A DNA stretch of 3,273 nt. Source: Escherichia coli. Lineage in GTDB: Bacteria > Pseudomonadota > Gammaproteobacteria > Enterobacterales > Enterobacteriaceae. The notes under the pieces were generated by a model, which was given only the letters and a program-made list of their open reading frames with translations, had not been told where the DNA came from and ran no database searches. The stretch lies in the NCBI RefSeq assembly GCF_003334255.1, contig NZ_QOWU01000123.1, one strand, 5' to 3'. The position numbers and the translations under genes are program-made. How positions within the stretch are numbered: position 1 is the stretch's first letter; each line of letters begins with the position of its first letter. Positions 1-3,273 of this stretch are shown one piece after another.

Positions 1-29
1 ATCGACGATTGCTGGAAAGGCTGGGCCAT
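1..29 (-). CDS. 5' end of an outward-reading ORF of unknown function (MAQPFQQSS..., runs off the left edge); mirror copy of the start at 3261
   Basis: Minus-strand ATG at 29..27 preceded by the reverse complement of GGAGGAG at 39..33; nine codons are visible before the window edge. It lies inside the left inverted-repeat arm, so it is sequence-identical to the right-arm start. Only a few codons are visible, so coding status is tentative. Confidence 0.3.
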
Positions 30-132
30 ACTCCTCCGGCAGAAGCAGAAAAAGCTTATTATGCTTCCATCGGAAACAATGATCTGGCAGCCTGAGTTCA
101 CAGATAAAACACTCTCCAGGAAACCCGGGGCG
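17..132. repeat. Left arm of long inverted repeat (at least 116 bp)
   Basis: Reverse complement of 3158..3273 equals 17..132 at 115 of 116 positions; the single mismatch is at 78 (A) versus 3212. Pairing stops at 133/3157. The outer end coincides with the window edge, so the repeat may be longer. Confidence 0.93.
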
Positions 133-458
133 GTTCAGATGGGCGTCTAAGTTACCAATTCTCGTCTGATGGCTACATACGGCGGTCAGTTTACGCTTAC
201 AAAACTACAGCCCTGGGTAGTTGCAGTTCAGGACGTTGGGATGATCAGGATGAATGGGGGGAGCAAGCACGGGGAATCAGAGATGCAATTAATGCTAAAC
301 TTGATGATCCGCACAAATGGAAAAGGAAAAAATGCAGGTTGCATATGGAATTCTCCCGGGATGGCACGGCTTTAAAAATATCAACCAGTGACGGCGATAA
401 AGCCTATTGCGAAGCGATAAAGTCAGCAGCCCATAAAGCTAAATTCCCGGCTTTCAAG
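108..458 (+). pseudogene. TolA C-terminal domain (domain III)-like ORF fragment; no in-frame start, 3' end interrupted or displaced by the IS256-family element
   Basis: The frame containing 108..575 is open after a TAA at 105..107 and has no ATG or GTG before 345. Positions 276..458 translate to IRDAINAKLDDPHKWKRKKCRLHMEFSRDGTALKISTSDGDKAYCEAIKSAAHKAKFPAFK. From memory, E. coli TolA ends ...IKSAIESKF...KTCTLRIKLAPDGMLLDIKPEGGDPALCQAALAAAKLAKIPKPP...; the two Cys (codons 333..335 and 408..410) are 25 residues apart in both, with DG and GD at the same offsets. The overlapping ORF from ATG 169 is in a different frame, and a G6 run at 256..261 separates the two frames. Confidence 0.5.
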
Positions 459-459
459 G

Positions 460-481
460 GAGTGTTAGAAATTCTGTGTCA
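460..481. repeat. Putative left terminal inverted repeat of the IS256-family element
   Basis: GAGTGTTAGAAATTCTGTGTCA matches the reverse complement of 3065..3086 (GAGCGCTCAGAATTCTGTGTCA) at 16 of 22 positions, including a perfect 12-bp core. It lies 33 bp upstream of the transposase ATG. Confidence 0.35.
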
Positions 482-514
482 TTCCAGTAATATACAACCA
501 AAAAGGAATGACAC

Positions 515-1046
515 ATGTCCCAACCCTTCGATTTCGATAAAGCGCTTAAGGCCCTCCAGTCCGGCCAAGCATTAACCGGCAAGGATGGTATCCTAACGCC
601 ATTAATCAAACAGTTAACAGAAACCGCTCTGGCCGCTGAACTCGACTCCCATCTGGCTCAGGATGTTGAAGTCAATCGTAAAAATGGTTCCGGAAAAAAG
701 ACCATTAAAGCCCCGACTGGCAGCTTTGAGCTGGCAACTCCACGTGATCGTAATGGTTATTTTGAACCCCAACTGGTGAAGAAGCACCAGACCACGCTGT
801 CTGATGAGCTCGAGCGCAAGATCATTCGCCTGTTCGCGCTGGGGATGAGCTACCAGGATATCAGCCGGGAGATCGAAGATTTATCCCCTTCAGTGTTTCC
901 ACGGCTACCATCAGTGCGGTTACCGATAAAGTCATTCCTGAGTTAAAACAGTGGCAGCAGCGCCCGCTGGAGAAGGTTTATCCCTTCGTCTGGCTGGACG
1001 CCATTCACTATAAAATCCGCGAAGATGGGGGTTATCAGAGCAAGGC
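515..1046 (+). pseudogene. IS256-family transposase, 5' portion; frameshifted near 884..888 and then interrupted by IS2
   Basis: ATG at 515 with AAGGA at 503..507. The translation MSQPFDFDKALKALQSGQALTGKDGILTPLIKQLTETALAAELDSHLAQ...TPRDRNGYFEPQLVKK... carries motifs I recognise from IS256-type (Mutator-like) transposases. The starting frame stops at 944..946, but the homologous sequence continues one frame over from about 883 (IPFSVSTATISAVTDKVIPELKQWQQRPLEKVYPFVWLDAIHYKIREDGGYQSKA), implying a 1-nt indel in the C run 885..888. The frame is then broken at 1047 by IS2. Confidence 0.85.
1042..1046. repeat. IS2 target-site duplication, left copy (AAGGC)
   Basis: AAGGC immediately precedes the IS2 terminus TAGACTGG at 1047 and is repeated at 2378..2382, directly after the other terminus. 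Confidence 0.9.
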
Positions 1047-1087
1047 TAGACTGGCCCCCTAAATCTCCAGACAACCAGTATCACTTA
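1047..1087. repeat. IS2 terminal inverted repeat (insC-proximal end)
   Basis: About 41 bp, imperfectly matching the reverse complement of 2336..2377. Shared blocks are CCCC, TCCAGACA and TATCACTTA. It contains the internal palindrome TATCACTT-ATTT-AAGTGATA at 1079..1098. Confidence 0.6.
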
Positions 1088-1137
1088 TTTAAGTGATAGT
1101 CTTAATACTAGTTTTTAGACTAGTCATTGGAGAACAG

Positions 1138-1503
1138 ATGATTGATGTCTTAGGGCCGGAGAAACGCAGACGGCGTACCACACAGGAAAAGATCGCAATT
1201 GTTCAGCAGAGCTTTGAACCGGGGATGACGGTCTCCCTCGTTGCCCGGCAACATGGTGTAGCAGCCAGCCAGTTATTTCTCTGGCGTAAGCAATACCAGG
1301 AAGGAAGTCTTACTGCTGTCGCCGCCGGAGAACAGGTTGTTCCTGCCTCTGAACTTGCTGCCGCAATGAAGCAGATTAAAGAACTCCAGCGCCTGCTCGG
1401 CAAGAAAACGATGGAAAATGAACTCCTCAAAGAAGCCGTTGAATATGGACGGGCAAAAAAGTGGATAGCGCACGCGCCCTTATTGCCCGGGGATGGGGAG
1501 TAA
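1138..1503 (+). CDS. insC: IS2 OrfA (InsC), 121 aa helix-turn-helix regulator and N-terminal part of the OrfAB transposase
   Basis: ATG at 1138 with GGAGA at 1128..1132. The translation [56 protein letters not shown]...LLPGDGE matches the IS2 InsC sequence as I remember it. The ORF-track start at 1093 is an upstream in-frame extension without an RBS. Confidence 0.95.
1455..1461 (+). other. IS2 programmed -1 ribosomal frameshift site (A AAA AAG) joining insC to insD
   Basis: AAAAAAG lies in the insC/insD overlap, and insD is in the -1 frame relative to insC. This is the known IS3-family recoding arrangement that produces the OrfAB transposase. Confidence 0.8.
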
Positions 1504-2366
1504 GCTTAGTCAGCCGTTGTCTCCGGGTGTCGCGTGCGCAGTTGCACGTCATTCTCAGACGAACCGATGACTGGATGGATGGCCGCCGCAGTCGTCACAC
1601 TGATGATACGGATGTGCTTCTCCGTATACACCATGTTATCGGAGAGCTGCCCACGTATGGTTATCGTTGGGTATGGGCGCTGCTTCGCAGACAGGCAGAA
1701 CTTGATGGTATGCCTGCGATCAATGCCAAACGTGTTTACCGGATCATGCGCCAGAATGCGCTGTTGCTTGAGCGAAAACCTGCTGTACCGCCATCGAAAC
1801 GGGCACATACAGGCAGAGTGGCCGTGAAAGAAAGCAATCAGCGATGGTGCTCTGACGGGTTCGAGTTCTGCTGTGATAACGGAGAGAGACTGCGTGTCAC
1901 GTTCGCGCTGGACTGCTGTGATCGTGAGGCACTGCACTGGGCGGTGACTACCGGCGGCTTCAACAGTGAAACAGTACAGGACGTCATGCTGGGAGCGGTG
2001 GAACGCCGCTTCGGCAACGATCTTCCGTCGTCTCCAGTGGAGTGGCTGACGGATAATGGTTCATGCTACCGGGCTAATGAAACACGCCAGTTCGCCCGGA
2101 TGTTGGGACTTGAACCGAAGAACACGGCGGTGCGGAGTCCGGAGAGTAACGGAATAGCAGAGAGCTTCGTGAAAACGATAAAGCGTGACTACATCAGTAT
2201 CATGCCCAAACCAGACGGGTTAACGGCAGCAAAGAACCTTGCAGAGGCGTTCGAGCATTATAACGAATGGCATCCGCATAGTGCGCTGGGTTATCGCTCG
2301 CCACGGGAATATCTGCGGCAGCGGGCTTGTAATGGGTTAAGTGATAACAGATGTCTGGAAATATAG
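1461..2366 (+). CDS. insD: IS2 OrfB (InsD), 301 aa DDE integrase-like catalytic domain
   Basis: Open frame from GTG at 1461 to TAG at 2364..2366. The translation ...[21 protein letters not shown]...[50 protein letters not shown]... matches IS2 InsD as I remember it, with the IS3-family DDE region. It overlaps insC in the -1 frame. Confidence 0.95.
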
Positions 2367-2377
2367 GGGCAAATCCA
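2336..2377. repeat. IS2 terminal inverted repeat (insD-distal end)
   Basis: Reverse complement TGGATTTGCCCCTATATTTCCAGACATCTGTTATCACTTAAC aligns imperfectly with 1047..1087. Confidence 0.6.
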
Positions 2378-2382
2378 AAGGC
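2378..2382. repeat. IS2 target-site duplication, right copy (AAGGC)
   Basis: Direct repeat of 1042..1046, immediately after the IS2 terminus at 2377. Confidence 0.9.
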
Positions 2383-3053
2383 AGTTTATACCGTACTGGC
2401 GCTGAATCTGGAAGGCAAAAAAGAAGTCCTGGGCCTGTATTTGTCGGAAAGCGAAGGCGCTAACTTCTGGCTGTCAGTATTAAGTGATCTGCAAAACCGT
2501 GGCGTTGAAGACATTCTGATTGCCTGCGTGGATGGGCTGACCGGCTTCCCTGAAGCGATAAACAGCATTTATCCGCAGACAGAGGTACAGTTGTGCGTCA
2601 TTCACCAGATACGTAACTCGATTAAATATGTGGCGTCAAAACACCATAAAGCGTTCATGGCCGACCTGAAGCCAGTGTATCGTGCGGTGTCAAAAGAAGC
2701 AGCGGAAACGGCGCTGGATGAGCTGGAAGCGAAATGGGGGCAGCAATATCCGGTGGTGCTCCAGTCCTGGCGCCGCAAGAGGGAAAATCTGTCAGCGTAC
2801 TTCCGCTATCCGGCGAATATCCGCAAGGTGATCTACACAACCAACGCGATAGAATCAGTCCACCGCCAGTTCAGGAAACTGACCAAAACCTAAAGGTGCT
2901 TTCCCAAATGAAAACAGCCTGTTGAAGCTACTTTATCTGGGACTGATGAACGCACAGGAGAAATGGACAATGCCCATCCAAAGCTGGAATTTGACATTGT
3001 CGCAGTTAGCCATTTATTTTGAAGGGCGGCTGAATAATGTGATGACGCTGTAG
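2378..3053 (+). pseudogene. IS256-family transposase, 3' portion; additional frameshift at about 2891
   Basis: Resumes exactly after IS2 (...YQSKA / VYTVLALNLEGKKEVLGLYLSESEGANFWLSVLSDLQNRGVEDILIACVDGLTGFPEAINSIYPQT...) and runs to TAA at 2891..2893. Homology then continues one frame over from 2892 (KGAFPNENSLLKLLYLGLMNAQEKWTMPIQSWNLTLSQLAIYFEGRLNNVMTL) to TAG at 3051..3053, implying a 1-nt insertion near 2891. The motifs DILIACVDGL...FP and KW.MPIQ.W are typical of IS256-family transposases. Confidence 0.85.
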
Positions 3054-3064
3054 AATTTTTAACG

Positions 3065-3086
3065 TGACACAGAATTCTGAGCGCTC
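3065..3086. repeat. Putative right terminal inverted repeat of the IS256-family element
   Basis: Inverted partner of 460..481; begins 12 bp after the transposase stop. It contains the 8-bp palindrome GAGCGCTC. Confidence 0.35.
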
Positions 3087-3107
3087 TCAAATTAAAATCA
3101 TCGATAT

Positions 3108-3137
3108 TTAACAAGTTTAAATTATTAAGATTATTTT
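3108..3137 (+). promoter_or_regulatory. Candidate sigma70-like promoter in the AT-rich spacer, reading rightward into the right repeat arm
   Basis: TTAACA at 3108..3113 (5 of 6 to TTGACA), then 17-18 bp to TTATTT/TATTTT at 3131..3137. The surrounding 3087..3157 is about 80 percent A+T. Such matches occur readily by chance in AT-rich DNA. Confidence 0.2.
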
Positions 3138-3157
3138 AATCAAGATTAAAAGTGAAT

Positions 3158-3273
3158 CGCCCCGGGTTTCCTGGAGAGTGTTTTATCTGTGAACTCAGGC
3201 TGCCAGATCATCGTTTCCGATGGAAGCATAATAAGCTTTTTCTGCTTCTGCCGGAGGAGTATGGCCCAGCCTT
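3158..3273. repeat. Right arm of long inverted repeat (at least 116 bp)
   Basis: Reverse complement is identical to 17..132 except at one position (3212 C versus 78 A). The arm runs to the last base of the window. Confidence 0.93.
3261..3273 (+). CDS. 5' end of an outward-reading ORF of unknown function (MAQP..., runs off the right edge); mirror copy of the start at 29
   Basis: GGAGGAG at 3253..3259, then ATG at 3261; the frame is open to the window edge. Same sequence as the left-arm copy because it lies in the inverted repeat. Confidence 0.3.

Larger units (their letters stand above)
1047..2377 (+). mobile_element. IS2 (IS3 family), complete 1331-bp copy
   Basis: Termini TAGACTGGCCCCC... 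and ...GGGGCAAATCCA. Length is exactly 1331 bp. It encodes InsC and InsD with the A6G slippery site and is flanked by a 5-bp direct repeat. The host transposase frame continues seamlessly if 1047..2382 is removed. Confidence 0.96.
460..3086 (+). mobile_element. IS256-family insertion sequence, degraded, carrying a nested IS2; ends approximate
   Basis: Contains one transposase reading frame of about 400 codons in four frame segments with IS256-family motifs. Imperfect terminal inverted repeats at about 460..481 and 3065..3086 share the core AATTCTGTGTCA. Length minus IS2 and its duplication is about 1.29 kb, consistent with this family. No clean 8-9 bp target duplication was found, so the ends are uncertain by several bp. 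Confidence 0.7.

Noticed and set aside
169-375. 68-aa ORF from ATG 169 as an independent gene
   Set aside because: The recognisable TolA-like homology is in a different frame from about 276 onward, so the 3' half of this ORF is out-of-frame translation of that domain. Only its 5' part could be real, and then only as the start of the TolA-like gene (see the G6-run finding).
339-575. 78-aa ORF taken at face value (MHMEFSRDG...AKH)
   Set aside because: Its listed start is a TTG inside the TolA-like domain homology (the first conserved Cys is upstream at 333..335), and its last 38 residues are read-through into the IS256-family terminal sequence, overlapping the transposase start. It is not a stand-alone gene as drawn.
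1079-1098. Hairpin TATCACTT-ATTT-AAGTGATA as a possible terminator or novel regulatory site
   Set aside because: It lies within the IS2 terminal repeat region and is part of the known IS2 end sequence. It is not followed by a T tract.
1093-1137. Upstream extension of the insC ORF ([15 protein letters not shown]...) in the ORF track
   Set aside because: It lies inside the IS2 terminal repeat and has no ribosome-binding site, whereas ATG 1138 has GGAGA at the right distance and gives the 121-aa InsC. The longer ORF is an in-frame artefact.
1203-1937. ORFs inside IS2 that overlap insC/insD (1203..1430 minus, 1273..1473 minus, 1506..1937 minus, 1534..1827 plus)
   Set aside because: They fully overlap well-supported IS2 genes on the opposite strand or in another frame, and their translations are low-complexity (Ser/Arg/Cys-rich) with no recognisable domain. 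Shadow ORFs.
2560-2680. An EAST1 (astA)-like toxin ORF embedded in an alternative frame of the transposase, as in IS1414
   Set aside because: I translated the alternative frames across the region corresponding to the IS1414 astA position and saw no Cys-rich 38-aa peptide. This element is IS256-family but does not appear to carry astA.
3077-3084. Palindrome GAGCGCTC after the transposase stop as a terminator
   Set aside because: Only 8 bp with no loop and no downstream U tract on either strand. It falls within the putative IS terminal repeat.
2386-3114. ORFs overlapping the transposase 3' portion (2386..2568 minus, 2655..2840 minus, 2734..2925 plus, 2890..3114 minus)
   Set aside because: They are antisense or out of frame relative to the clearly homologous IS256-family transposase frames, with no start context or recognisable domain.
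1-3273. CRISPR arrays, tRNA or rRNA genes
   Set aside because: No short direct repeats with regular spacing, and no cloverleaf-like or rRNA-like segments seen. Protein-coding IS sequence accounts for nearly the whole window.

Overview
This window is mostly a nested insertion-sequence structure typical of Escherichia/Shigella accessory DNA. A complete 1331-bp IS2 (insC/insD, intact A6G frameshift site, 5-bp target duplication AAGGC) sits inside the transposase gene of an IS256-family element, and that transposase carries two further frameshifts, so the host element is dead. Upstream of it is an ORF fragment whose translation resembles the C-terminal domain III of TolA, including a Cys pair with identical spacing; it has no start codon in its frame and is cut or displaced by the IS256-family element. 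The whole block is bracketed by a near-perfect inverted repeat (115/116) of at least 116 bp reaching both window edges, and each arm carries an outward-facing GGAGG + ATG gene start. An AT-rich promoter-like spacer lies next to the right arm only. No rRNA, tRNA or CRISPR was seen. All family assignments are from reading the translations against remembered sequences; no search was run. The TolA-like ORF and the long inverted-repeat bracket are the candidates worth following up; the rest is known IS biology.
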